Shown piece by piece: positions 50,397 through 63,665 of a stretch of DNA of 64,000 nucleotides. The DNA is from Hemiscyllium ocellatum (lineage: Eukaryota): assembly GCF_020745735.1 (NCBI RefSeq), contig NW_026867487.1, positions 4,357,239-4,421,238 of the forward strand. The letters run 5' to 3'. Below the pieces are notes generated by a model. It had not been told where the DNA came from. It ran no database searches and saw nothing but the letters and a program-made list of their open reading frames with translations. The position numbers and the translations under genes were made by a program. Numbering within the stretch: position 1 is the first letter of the stretch; every line of letters starts with the position of its first letter.

Positions 50397-52380
50397 AAGA
50401 GTGAGAAAGAAAAATTAGAGAAAGAAAGAGAAAGAGAGAAAAATAGAGAGCGAGAAAGACAGAGAGAAAGAAATAAAGAAAGAAAGAAACAAGTTTTAAA
50501 TGATACCTAAAAGTGGCAAATATCGGGAAAAAAAAACCTGAAGATATCCCTTCTTGTTCCTTTCTTTTCCGAAATAGTAACAATGTGATATCATAATTCT
50601 CTTGAAGGCATTGACACAAACAACAAACTTGATATTTCTGGTTCTATTGTTGCTGCGATGTACCAATCTGAAATAAGCATTGCACAGTCTGCTTTACTGT
50701 CGAGTGAGGGCATTTCAGCATCTTCAACTTCTCTCCAAACTTCTTCTTAGCTATTCATCGATGAAGACACTATTGCAGGAACACAGAAACTGCAGCATGT
50801 TTTTTTTGTTTCTTGAACGATAGACTGAGTGTCATTGAAATCCAAACTGGTGACACATCCATGACCTGTAACCTGATTGTGCAGATAGTACACAACATAG
50901 GTGGCCTGCAAGAGGAGAAAGGTGATCAATATAGCGAAGAGAAGAACAATGGAGTTAGTACGATGAGCCATCTCCTGATCTTTATCATTCTCAGAGCCCT
51001 GGCGCTTTGGCGGGCTCTGCTGGCCGCTAAGATATGTCTTACAGTCAGGACATTGAGCAAAGAAATTCGGAAGAAAGGGAAATGGGGACTAGGATGTGAT
51101 TCAGCTAGTCATCTGCTTGCCAGATGAGCGAAGTGTAGAAACTGGATTTGATCACACAGAACCGCAGCACCCTGTCCACAGTGCACAAATGTTTGAAGAC
51201 GATGTAGAAAGGAACATTATTTCTGTATCTCACGAAGCAGACCATTCCTATAACTAGCGATCAGTTTTCTCTCTGCAGTGTCAGGTCTTGAGGCTTTGGC
51301 AGGAGATGGGCACAAAATGGCCAATGGTAAAGACAACAGTCAGCCAAACTTAGCCTTCCCTCATTACATAGGCCTGCACAAAGGTGTTGTGGAGAGTACA
51401 CTGTTCCGAAAATAAATGCTTCCAATCCGGTTTAGGATGGTAACATTGATGTTACTAAACACATCAGTTGTCCCTATTGCCAGGAGGTGCTGGGTGACGC
51501 ACTGTGAGAGACCATAATGACACAGGCTTAGATTATGATCACCACGAATCTAGCTGCAAAGGGGCAGAAGGGATAGATGCTATATAAATGATTCCAAATC
51601 CCAGCTGCAGTTTGCTTTGCTTCATTTTGGAAGTCCCTTCAACTGTTCCTTTTCCATCTATTCATTAACTGTTCTAAATCCCTTGGTAATTGATGGTATC
51701 GAATAGTGGATTATTCGTTTGTGAATGCCTAATGCATTTCAATCAACCTCTCTGAACAATTATTCTCTCCAGTGTGGCAGTAGTCTACTTTCATACAAGC
51801 CCTACGTATAGAAACAGTCCATTCTGCCCGCCAAGTCCACACCAATCTGAAAAACGCTTTCCATCCACTCACATCACACAAATCTATCCCTGCAACACTG
51901 CGTTTCCCATGGTTAAACCATCTCGGCTACACACTGCTGAGCACTATGGTCAATTTAGCATGGCCAATCGACTTCTAATGTGCACATCGTTGATATGTGG
52001 GAGGAAAACGTGAGTACAGAGTAAGCCATGCAGGCACGAGGAGAATGTGCAAACTCCACACAGACAGTCGCCCAAGAATGGGTTTGAACCTGGGCCGCTG
52101 GTGCTGCCAAGTAGCAGTGCTAATCACTGAGCCATCATGCTGCCTTGAAGGGACACTTGTTCTGTGTAGTTTCTCTTCGAGACTGTTGTTGTCACAATGT
52201 GCTAGAATGGCTATTTCAGAACCAATGGTCAAATAACTAGGAATTTCTTGAGCGTTTCTTTATTGAATGAGACGAAGGAAATATAAGTGGCTGAAGTCAG
52301 GCTCACGGAGACCTGCCATTTTAATTTTGCTTTCAGATGGGATTTGGAGTTCGCTGTTGAAGCTGATTGATACAGTTCTC

Positions 52381-52432
<52 letters not shown>

Positions 52433-55400
52433 TCTCTCTCTCTCCCTCTCCCTCTCGTGCTATCTTTATGCTGATAGATTCAGTGATACTTTCTCCTGGA
52501 CTGGAGAGAGCACGTGAGGAACGTGTGTTCGGCTGTTTTGCCTTAGCCTACTTTGCATTTATGGGATACTGCTGTACACGACCGGTTGATGATTACTGCT
52601 TAAATAATAAATTATTTTATTAAGTTTGTCCATAGAGTTAAAGGTATGCCAATTCTCCCTTTCCTGTTTTACTCTTGCCGTGTCGTTAGAATAAAGTATA
52701 CTTTGCTTAAAGCCGAGTGGTGGAGATATTAAATTACATCTGGAACACAACGTCTTGCAGTTGCGTTTGTTTAAATAAAGTGTTAAGTGCTAGGCTATTT
52801 CCTTAAAATAATTTGAAGGTGTTTGGCACGGTCCACAGCAGTAGTCACTGAGTCAATCCTCCACGCATTCAGTTTATTGTCAACTGGAGCATTTCTTGAC
52901 CAACCCCTTATTTATCGATCCATCGACTAACAGTTTGTCCGGATCGTCTCATTTTCTGACAACGTTTCAGTTTACAAAAACATTTACTCTTAGAGTTGTC
53001 CAAATAGATCCACAGTTTTGGCAACTATACAAAGCCCAGGGATCAGAGTGAACATCCAGTTATGTCCCTCTGTATAGCACTGTTACGAACCATTTTATCA
53101 GCGCTGTTGTTTGGTGTTTTGCTGTTTGCCACGTTAACAATACCAATGATTCCAATGAACCTTAATGTCTTCATTTGTCCACACGTCTTCACCACGTTCT
53201 TTCTGATCTAACACATCGATCAAACATTTGTTGATGTGCCTTGATATTTCCTTATTTCATCTGGTATCAAATAGTCTGACCATATACACTGTACAAGCTG
53301 AGGAAACAAATGTGATTTGCACATTTGTAACTGCTAAGTAGGAATGAGCAAAACTTTGAATTGCTGGTAACAACCACATACCATTCAACATTTAGAACTA
53401 GTATCAACAAATGTAAAATCAAAATGTAAAAGACCTATCATCACAGAAAACAAAATATATGCGATTTAAAATATTGCACCTTCGTTGAATTTATTCAAAC
53501 GTTTCCATTATTAATTCTGAAGATCGCATTAACAACAAGGGCTGCTCAGTGGTATCTCGCTCTGCTGCAAAAATTACATTCACATTAATGTCTCACTCTA
53601 GATTTCTATTATCACTACATGTATTTTATACTTTAACACAGCTATTCTAATAATAGTGCTAAATAATTCATTTTGCAAAATAATTATAAAATCAGTGCTT
53701 GAAAATTCCATTTTACTACATTGTCATATGTCATGATGATAAGCATTACAAAACAAAAGAGTATTTTAAAAAGTTATAATAAAGCTTAATAATCAGTAAC
53801 AGACAAATTAAAACTCACGATATTACAATACGTATTTCATCACGTAAAAACGTGCAGAATGGTAAGTTTGTAACTTTTTTCATATTCCATGATGAAAGTG
53901 CAAAGATTGCACTCTAATCCAGCAAATACTGCATAATGTGGCATTATCAATTTCATAATATTGTAACACATGTAAACTTCATTATGCTCAGACACCTCTG
54001 ATTAATCACAATATTCAGCCCATTCTGCAAGGGAAGATACAAAATATCTCAGGTTAGAAAAGCTATAGAATTTACTTGGGATCCATGACATACCAGGCGC
54101 ACCAATAGCAGGGAGAATCAGATAGCAAACAGCAAAGACTGGGCCATCGTTTGGGAAAAACAAGGAATTACTAATGCTATAGAATTTAACTCAGAGAACC
54201 TGTCAAATCCTCCTTTATTTACTCCGAGTCAGATCCCCCAGAAGTAGAAATGAGTATCTTCGATGCAGTTCACTGAACAAACAGATTAACTCATGGGTTT
54301 ATGACATCTGTTTGCAACTTCAAGGATGGCAATGATTCTATTGTGGACTTGTTTCCATTGGATAATTATTGCTATATGACAGACCCAGCCTAAAGTGTAT
54401 TCAAATATAAATGTTCCATTCAATCCACATTTAAGAAAACTGATAAACATTAAATATTTATCTCACCACATAGGATCTTGAGGGAAGATAGTGAACTATG
54501 CTCCCTCTGTTGTGTGCTCTTGGAACTGTTCATGTGTTGTGGATGAGGGAGTGAGATATTCTGATTGTATTCCTATTCAGTCTGCAATTCCACTTTATGG
54601 GAGCCGGATGTTGCGATACTTTGGACCTCATATGCCAAGCAGTAACGACAATTTGTATTATTAACCCACCACATTTCACTGTGCAATTACCAGCGGCAGC
54701 TTCAATCGAATTTTGTATCTGCCATTTGCCTGAGGAATGAGAATGGAAGTTACTGGAGTAGTTCAGGAGGAATTTGGGAAATACAGCGGCACAGATAGTT
54801 TTCTGGTGTTCGTTGCTTTCCTATATTCGTCCTGAACTCACAGACAGATACAAGCAATAGACATGCAAACATGAAGCCTAAAAACCAGCCACTGCGGAGA
54901 GGGCCAGAAATGACGCAAACCATCATAACAGACCGGCTCAGATAAATAATGAGTGGAGTAGAATAATAACCCTTCATAAGAAGTTGCACTTGACGGCGTC
55001 ACCCAGCAGGGTAATGAAATGTCTGCATACAAACCAACCAGCTCAGCCGGCAAAGCAACAATCGCATCCACAACCCGAGCTACAAATCTTCGCAAAATGA
55101 TATAATTCTTCAAGTAAAGTTGAACGTTTCGTCTTGAGTTCTGTCCTTGTCCCTTTAAGAAAGTTCTTCTTGAATCTCGCTGGAGCTACATTGTTTCTGT
55201 TTATTGTTGTGATAATGTCATCTTGTGCAATTTACCTGCAAGCTTGAGAGTGAGTTTTGTTCAGAATCTTGTCATCTTTGAATTATCGTCTGGCTCATGG
55301 CTCTTAAAAAACATGGTCGAGTCAGAGACGAGGGTCTTGTAGATCTTTAACTGGGCAATCTTCACAGTTTTATTAAATGTCACAGAGAATAACTCATGAA

Positions 55401-56802
55401 AGTTAGGATAAAAACCAGAAGAACTGTGGAACATGAAAAACTCAATAGATCACAGTGACGGATGCAATAATTGAACAAGTACTTGGCAACAGGAAGGGTA
55501 GTTAGGTGAGAGACAGAACAGCAAGAGGAAGCTGAAGATGGCGCTGCAGCACACCTGGGGCTGAGTGAACTCACGGTTCCCTGTGAAAATTGAAATTGCA
55601 CAGCGTTGCTGGGTTTCATTGGGAACTGATAGATGGTGAGAGTTCTGTGACCATCTTACTCTCTCAGTAACACAGTATCTGAGGACGCACAAAGGATCAT
55701 TTACCATATAAACCTTCCATGTAAAGCGAGGGTATGGGATCATTGTGCTTGTGCCTGTTCTTTGAAGGGGGCATGTAATTAGTTTCAATCCCATCGTTCT
55801 TTTCATATTATGTCGTTTTTCAAGTTTAATCCCTGTCCGAATCTTTTTACATCATTCTGAAATTTAGCATTTAAAAACCGCTACCACCGTCCTCTCACAC
55901 AGAGAATTATAAATTAGAAGACAGTAAAATTTCACAAAAAGCTTGTTGTTTTTTTTAATTAATCAATCCTGATCTCGTTCATCATATTATCAGACCTCTT
56001 GCTAATCAAGCCGATATGGCATGATCTATTCTATCAAAACCCCTGGTAACTTTGAGAAGCTCAGTGAAAATATCCTTAACCTTACATTGATACTGGCAAT
56101 CAAATCTTGTCTTCCGTGAATCCTGACATAACAGTCTCCTTTTATGCTCACATATTCTCTCATAATCTGTAAATCTAGGTTCCACACAATCATACTACTT
56201 CTTAGGCAGAAATCAAGGTCTATCACCCCATTTCAAGCATGTCCTCCTTGCATTCCCAGTCCCCAGTCCGTCACATTCACTCCCTTCCTTTGTCTGGCTT
56301 CACTGCTACAGCTATTACCTGCAGGCTGCGAATCAAGCCAATGAGTCTGCTTTCGGTTTTGGGAACTTCAGCGCTTCTTTGTGAATTCGCCCTGCCCAAT
56401 TCCAGCGGTTTCGTTCATGATCACACAGTGGAGAATCGCTGAATTCCCATCAGTGGGGAAACTCTTATTTCTCGTCTTCTCCTCCACATTCTCTGATTTG
56501 AACTGTCCTCAGATCGCTGTCTCATGTTTTGAGTTCTTCATCCGAAATCTGTTTCGTCCTTCAGCGTTTCTATCTTGATGCCTTTTATGGACGCCATAAT
56601 ACGTAATTAAGTATTTTTACACTGTAAAATTTCCGTATCCAGTGCCTTGGTATTGAAAAGATATTTGTCAAAGTTTATCTAATATTAAAGGGAAACACAG
56701 TGATGTTGGAATCGGAAGTTGTTGTGGTGAGAACCATCAATAACTGAAGTCACTAAGCATCTCTCACAATATTACCGCTCTTAATCCATAATTTGACATA
56801 GA

Positions 56803-57040
56803 ATGTGGTCACTATTTATCTTTTCCTTGTTATACTTCATATAAAACAATTCATTGAGCATCCGGTAACTCAGAGATTATGTGTTTGATTGGATATACAT
56901 ATTCTGATTTTTGATACTTTTTATATGTTTGTTCAGGAATGAGCGCCCAAGATTCAGTTTTCCAGGATCCACTTGAATAGACGGTTCAGGAAGGCCAAAC
57001 GACAACACTGAACTGTCGTTACACAATAGCAGCATTAATG
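56803..57040 (+). pseudogene. Truncated family-B-like V head (psi-VB', unit 3)
   Basis: Leader-like 56803-56864 (62 nt, in-frame TAA) with intact GT donor. The exon from 56937 carries the same GAA TAG stop. Confidence 0.8.
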
Positions 57041-57273
57041 CCAGAATATGACGATAATTTTATAATATACATTTCACCTTAAATCGAGAGAAGGATAAAT
57101 CTGTCAAAAACACTAAGCAGAGCCCTTCTCATGGAAAAAGAAGACAATTTGAACGAGATGGAACACCTGAAAATGTGAGACTGAACAAGGGAATGAGAAA
57201 GATACAAAAATAACAAAATATACAATTGGAACGAATATTGTCTTTTATCGTCAACTTTTGTTTCCCCTATAGT

Positions 57274-57281
57274 TGACGTCA
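57274..57281 (+). promoter_or_regulatory. CRE in VB3 promoter
   Basis: Perfect TGACGTCA, paralogous to 16918-16925. Confidence 0.6.
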
Positions 57282-57420
57282 CATTTGAAAACACAACCAA
57301 TCGCTGCAAAGGGAAGCTCTATTCAATTTCCCAAGGAGTGAGGTCATCTTCCGAGTAAAGATTGAATATAAGAGTCAGCAGACCATTTATAGGATGTTGT
57401 TTACGGTCGAAGCAGATATC

Positions 57421-57861
57421 ATGTATTTACTGTATTTTTTATTGGTAATAATGGCCGTGGTGCCCGGTATGTCACAGTAAAATTTGAGATGGTGTGTTTA
57501 ATTGGGTATACCTATTCAGGTTTTTGAAATTTTTTAATGTATTTGTTGCAGGAACGGGAGGTCAAGATTCAGTTTCACAGGATCCATCTGAATGGACCGT
57601 TGAGGAAGGCCGCACTACAATACTAAACTGTCGTTACACAACAGCAGCGTTATTTGGGGAAACTCTCTTTTGGTACATCCAGTATCCTGGGGAAGCTCCA
57701 AGATATTTACTGCAGAGATACGAAAAGCAGCAAGGTGCCAGATCTATAGATTTCACTGACCGATTTTCTGCTAATTTGGACAAGGAGAAGAAAACAGTTC
57801 CTTTAAATATCTCCGATAATCAAATCTCCAACTCTGCCGTCTACTACTGTGCACGGAGCTC
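57421..57861 (+). CDS. TRAV/TRDV: TCR alpha/delta-type V segment, family B copy 3 (leader 57421-57466, V exon 57552-57861)
   Basis: Leader MYLLYFLLVIMAVVP+G with GTATGT donor. Open exon GTGGQDSVSQDPSEWTVEEGRTTILNCRYTTAALFGETLFWYIQYPGEAPRYLLQRYEKQQGARSIDFTDRFSANLDKEKKTVPLNISDNQISNSAVYYCARS. Confidence 0.92.
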
Positions 57862-57900
57862 CACATTGACACTGCGAAGCAGCCAGTGTGTGCAAAAACC
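57862..57900 (+). promoter_or_regulatory. 23-RSS of VB3
   Basis: CACATTG + 23 nt + GCAAAAACC. Confidence 0.88.
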
Positions 57901-58529
57901 GGCAAGACACCCTTACATCTCTTTCTGCATAGCATCACTGAGCAGAATTATAAATTGTTAGCATAATAAAAACAACATTTTATGATTGCCTTGCCCAACT
58001 GTTTTCTTTTTTCCACATTGATTCCAGTACATTCTGTTCAAATTCCTCTTTATATTACGTTAGTGTCTTTTACTTACAGTGAGCAGGTGTGTAAACGGCA
58101 GATTCTCGTCCTAAATTTGCAACAGGACTTATCACATCAGCGACGACTTATCATTCCTCATTTCTCAAAACAGAGATTGATCCCGATAAAGAAGTTAAAA
58201 TACTATTAATGCCCAGTTCATTTTTATTTTGTACATCAGCGAGGTGACGTTGTTCTGATGCTGATTATTTTTTTATTCAGAGCAAGGTCGATTGATTTGT
58301 GCATCTTCTTCGATATACGAGAGTTGGGGATAATGCACAAAGGCGGATACACGATAAACCACCTTACAGAGTGGAGAAACAGGATTGAAGTTTCAAATCA
58401 AGCCATCCAGCTTCTCCTCACTGTGATCTGTGGCTCACATTGTGTCTTAACAAAAGGGGTATGAGTTGATCTAGTCCCACCTGGTGGCACTTCCATAAAT
58501 TAACCAATCGGCATTGACAGTGGATATGA

Positions 58530-59744
58530 GAAGGTTTGAGAAGGTGACTAAGGAGGTGGATGAGGGTAAAGCAGTTGATGTGGTGTATATGGATTTTAGC
58601 AAGGCGTTCGATAAGGTACCCCATGGTAGGCTAATGCAAAAACTACGGAGGTATGGCATTGAGGGTGCATTAGAGGTTTGGATTAGGAATTGGCTGGCTG
58701 GAAGGAGACAGAGGGTAGTAGTTGTTGGACTAGGTTCATCTTGGAGTGCAGTTACTAGCGGTGTACCACTGGGATCTGTTTTGGGACCGTTGCTGTTTGT
58801 CATCTTTATAAATGATCTAGAGGAGGGGCTTGAAAGCTGGGTGAGCAAGTTTGCGGATGACACAAAGGTCGGTGGAGTTGTGGACAGTGAAGAAGGATGT
58901 GGCAGGTTACAGCGGGATATAGATAGGTTGCAGAGCTGGGCAGAAAGGTGGCAGATGGAATTCAAAGTAGCTAAGCGTGTAGTCATTCACTTTGGTAGGA
59001 GTAACAAGAAGATGGATTACTGGGCTAATGGTAGGCTACTTGGTAGTGTGGATGAGAAGAGGGATCTTGGTGTCCATGTGCACAGATCTCTGAAAGTTGC
59101 CACCCAGGTAAATAGTGCTGTGAGGAAGGCATATTGGTGTACTGGGCTTTATTGGTAGAGGAATTGAGTTCCGGAGTCCTGAGGTCATGTTGCAGTTGTA
59201 TAAGACTCTGGTGCGGCCTCATCTGGAGTATTGTGTGCAGTTCTGGTCGCCATACTATAGGAAGGATGTGGAGGCATTGGAACAAGTGCAGAGGAGGTTT
59301 ACCAGGATGTTGCCTGGCGTGGTAGGAAGATCGTATGAGGAAAGGCTGAGGCACTTGGGGCTGTTCTCATTGGAGAAAAGAAGGTTTAGGGGAGATTTGA
59401 TAGAGGTGTATAAGATGATTAGGGGTTTAGATAGGGTAGACACTGAGAACCTTTTACCGCTAATAGAGTCAGCTGTTACTAGGGGACACAGCTTTAAATT
59501 AAGGGGTGGTAGGTATAGGACAGATGTTGGGGTAGATTCTTTTCGCAGCGGGTTGTGAGTTCATGGAATGCCCTGCCAGTAGCAGTGGTGAACTCTCCCT
59601 CTTTATTGTCATTTAAGCAGGCATTGGATAGGCATTAGGAAGTTATTGGGCTAGTGTAGGTTAGGTAGGATTTGGTCGGCGGAACATCGAGGGCCGAAGG
59701 GCCTGTACTGCGCTGTATTTTTCTATGTTCTATGTTCTATGCTC
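58530..59744 (+). mobile_element. Young 5'-truncated CR1 LINE (HER1-like), unit-3-specific
   Basis: RT ORF with YMDFSKAFDKVPH, GVPLGSVLGPLLFVIFINDL and SKFADDTK; one frameshift near 59140-59160, then LYKTLVRPHLEYCVQFWSP. It has a (TTCTATG)n tail and is flanked by TATGA at 58525-58529 and 59745-59749. The site is empty in unit 1. Confidence 0.95.
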
Positions 59745-60517
59745 TATGACACATCTGAACTTCTGCTCAAATCTACCATTAGTTGTGTGCAGAATCACTT
59801 CAGCTTCATCTTCGTCTGCTCAAACCCACCATTAGGTCTGAGCAGTCTCAGACACGGCGATAGAAACGGGAGCACACCTTGTGCAGAAGAAAATCCTCAA
59901 CATGAGAGAGGTTGCAGATAACCTTATATCGAATAACAACACTTAAAAAATGGCCAACCGGAAAGAATGTCTCGGCATATCTCCTATTAATGCTGAAAAG
60001 TGGAGTGAGATTTCAAATTTCGTTTATTCCACAATAAATGAAAGGCTGGAAAGGACCACTGTGCGGTTATTTACAATACCTGTTAATAAGTTATTTTGCT
60101 CAGCGGCATCTTCGACCAACAATGCTTGACACACATTTCACCACCCCACACCACCCCAACCAAACCTCCTCATAACCCACGTTGTTTAGATGCATAATGC
60201 TTGAAATCTCAGAGAAAAATATAAATTGTTGGAAAAGCTCAGCACGTCTGCCAGCATCTGTAGAGAGAAGTCAGAGTTCACGTTCCTGTTTGAGTGAATT
60301 TCCTCTGAACTGGTTTTAGCTCTGAAAATGCTGTTTTATGTGTAGACATTAGGGTGGTGATAGTGTATGAGAAGGAAACGATAAGTGGTGATAAAGCCCA
60401 AAGAGAAAGAAGAGCAATTGGACAGAACGCGTAGATGATAACGATCTGACTATGAGGGTGAAAATAGCGTTAATGGGGATTTTTAGTGGCTAACAATATG
60501 TGTTGTATATTAATAAC

Positions 60518-63500
60518 AAGAGTGCGGTGCTGGAAAAAGCAAGGCAGGTCAGGCAGCATTGAGGGAGCAGTAAAATCGAGGTCTTGGGCATAAGCCACTC
60601 ATCAAGAATAAGGCTTATGGGGTGGGGGACTGAGAGATCAATGGGAGAGGGGTGGAGTTGGGGCAAGGTAGCTGGGAATGTGATTCTGAGATGAAGGTGA
60701 GGTGAAAGTGATAGATTTGAGAGTTTCGTGAATTGGATAGGTGGGAAGGAAGATGGACAGTTTAAGAGGGCGGTGCCTTGTTGGACACTTCAGACTGGGC
60801 TAAAGTGGGGGAGAGTAAATGTGGAAACTGGTGAAATCTACATTGATCCTATGTGGTTGCAGGGTCTAAGGTGGAAGATGAAGCATTCTTCCTCCAGGCG
60901 TCAGGTGGTTAGGCTTTGGAAATGGAGAAGGCCCAGGATCTGCATGGTCTTGGTGGAATAGGAGAGGGTGTTGAAATTTTTAGCCACGGGGCGGAGGGGT
61001 TGGTTGGTGCGGTGTCCCAGAGATGTTCTCTGAAACAATCTGCACTTTGGCGTCCTGTCTTCCCAAAGTAAAGGCGACCATATCGGGTGCAAGGGATACA
61101 GGAGGTGACATGTGTGGAAGTGCAGGTAAATTTCTGTCGAACGTAGAAAGATCCTTTGGAACTTTGAACCGAAATTGGGAGGAGGTTAGGCTGCAGGGTT
61201 TGCACTTCTGCTCGTGGCAGTGGAGGTTGTGGTCTTTAAAGATGGAAGCCATCTGGTATTTTCTCTGGTGGAATGCAGAACCTTCCACTCCCTCCACACA
61301 AATCATAATCAACCCAGCAGACAAGGTGCAGGGGTGTTGTGGGAGTTTGGAGCACCGACCTCACACTGCTGAAGCCATGTGCCAACTCGCAGACCCCTTC
61401 TCTTACTGCCCCCTCAACCACGACCTCAACTCCCATTACCAAACTATCAACTCCCAGTCCATTTACAAAATCATCACCTCTGAGTATCTTCCATCCACAG
61501 TCTCCAACCTCATAGTCTAAGAATACCACACTGGCCGATTCTACCTCTGACACAAGATTCACAAACCTGACTGCACCGATCACCACATTGTGTTAGCCTG
61601 CTCCAACCCCACTGAATAACTTGACACGGTCCTAACCCCTTCGTCCAAGAACATCCCATTTACATTCAGGACACCATCCACGCCCTTCACTTTCTCCAAG
61701 ACCAAGGTTACACCGGTCTGATCATCTTATCTTTGCCATGAATGTACAGTCCCTGTACACATCCATCCGCCATGACGAAGTCTTCCAAGGCCTGTTCTCT
61801 TTTTCATCACACACCAACCAAACCAGTAACATTTCACTGACAGTCTCATTGTGCTGGCTTAAATGATCCTGACCCTCAAATATTTCTCATTCCAATCCCC
61901 CAGCTTCCTCCAAGCCATGGGCTCCCGATTGCGTCTCAGCTATTCCTGCCTTGTCGTCGGATATGTGGAACAGTCCATCTTTCACAACTACACTGGCACC
62001 ATTCCATACCAGCTCCTCTGTTGTATTGATGACTGTATTGGCAAAACCTCTTGCTCCCATGAGGACATTGACTTCAACTTCTCAAGCACCTTCCACCCGA
62101 TCTCAAATTCACCTTACACATGTCAGATACCGTCCTCCCCTTCCTGTACCTCTCCACCTCCATTTCCTGTGACCAACTATACATGGATATTTACTACAAA
62201 CCGACAGACTCCCACACTTACCTGGCGTACACCTCTTCCCACCCTGCCTCCTGTGAGAACGCCATTTCTTGTTTCCAATTATTCAGCCTCCACTTCCTCT
62301 GCTCCCAGGAGAATCAATTCTATCATAGAACACTCCAGATGGCCGCCTTCTTCAAAGACTGCAATTTTTGCTCTGACGTAGTCGACGATGTCCTCTAGTG
62401 CATCTGCTTCACTTTCCAAACCTCCACCCTTGGACGCACCTCCAATCGCAACAAGAACATAACAGGGGCGGCACGGTGGCACTGTGGTTAGCACTGCTGC
62501 CTCACAGCGCTGAGACCCGGGTTCAATTCCCGATTCACGCAACAGACTGTGTGGAGTTTGCACGTTCTCCCCGTGTCTGCGTGGGTTTCCTCCGGGTGCT
62601 CCGGTTTCCTCCCACAGTCCAAAGATGTGTGGGTCAGGTGAATTGGCCATGCTAAATTGCCCGTAGTGTTAGGTTAGGGGTATGGGTGGGTTTCGCTTCG
62701 GCGGGTTGGTGTGGACTTGTTGGGCCGAAGGGCCTGTTTCCACACTGTAAGTCTAATCTAAAAAAGCCCTGGTCCTCACCTTCCACCCCACCAACCTCCT
62801 GGTACATTACATCATCCTCTGCCACGTCTGCCAACTGCAAACAAATCACAGCACTAAAGATATATTTTCCTTCTCATCCACATGTGCGTTTTGGAGAGAC
62901 CATTCCCTCCACGACTCCCTTGTCAAATCCACGCCTCACACCAGCCTAACCATACTCCAAGCACTGTCCCCTGCCACTGGAAGAGGTGTAAAACCTGGGT
63001 ACACACCTCCCCACTCACATCTGCCCAAGATCCTTCAACATTCTACGGAAATGTATCTGTACTTCCACATACATCATCATGCACACGCTGTGGTCTCCTC
63101 TACATCAGGGAGACAAGCCACCATTACGTCGATTTTTTCAGATAACATCTCTTGGAAACCCGCAACAGCGAACACCATTATCTCTTGGCTGAAAACTTCA
63201 ACTCCCTATCCCAATCTCCAAGGACATGCAGGTCCTGGGTCTCCTCCGCCGCCAAACCCTCATCACCAGATGCCTGGAGGTAGAATGCCTCAGCGTCCAC
63301 CATGGGACACTGCAACCACACAGGATCAATGTGGATTTCACCAGTTTCCCCATTTCTCCTCCCCAAATTTATCCCATTGCCAAGCATCTAAATTGGCAAC
63401 ACTCTGTACCCTGTCCATCTTCCATCCCACCAATCCGCTCTACCCTCTACTTCAACCGATCACTTTTACCACCATCTTCATCTACCTATCACATTCCAAG

Positions 63501-63665
63501 CTACCTCTCCCCAAGACCGACACCCCAGCCATTTATCTCTCAGCACTCTACCCTCCCCCGGCCCACAACCCTCATTCTTGATGAAGAGCTTATTCCCGAA
63601 ATATCGATTATCCTGCTGCTTGGGTGCTGCCTGACCTGCTGCGTTTCCCTAGCACCACACTGGAG
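60518..63665. mobile_element. Penelope-like retroelement, unit 3 (inverted arm ~60518-61275, body ~61275-63665, interrupted by a SINE)
   Basis: Paralogue of 18944-21800; GIY-YIG ORF 60909-61205 (-) and RT remnant ORF 61863-62381. Confidence 0.88.
62466..62764 (+). mobile_element. Young HE1-type tRNA-derived SINE, unit-3-specific
   Basis: GGGCGGCACGGTGGCACTGTGG (A box), GGGTTCAATTCCC (B box) and tail GGGCCGAAGGGCCTGTTTCCACACTGTAAGTCTAATCTA. The paralogous site is empty in unit 2. Confidence 0.92.

Noticed and set aside
135-57900. NAR-TCR cassette (NAR-like V-D-J upstream of a leaderless supporting V-delta), or IgH-like/TAILV segments
   Set aside because: Both intact V families have their own leader exons and lack a CDR1 cysteine. 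I found no D or J segments (no FGxG with 12-RSS) and no IgHV-like frame between them.
62466-62540. tRNA gene
   Set aside because: The A and B boxes belong to the head of the HE1 SINE; there is no complete cloverleaf.
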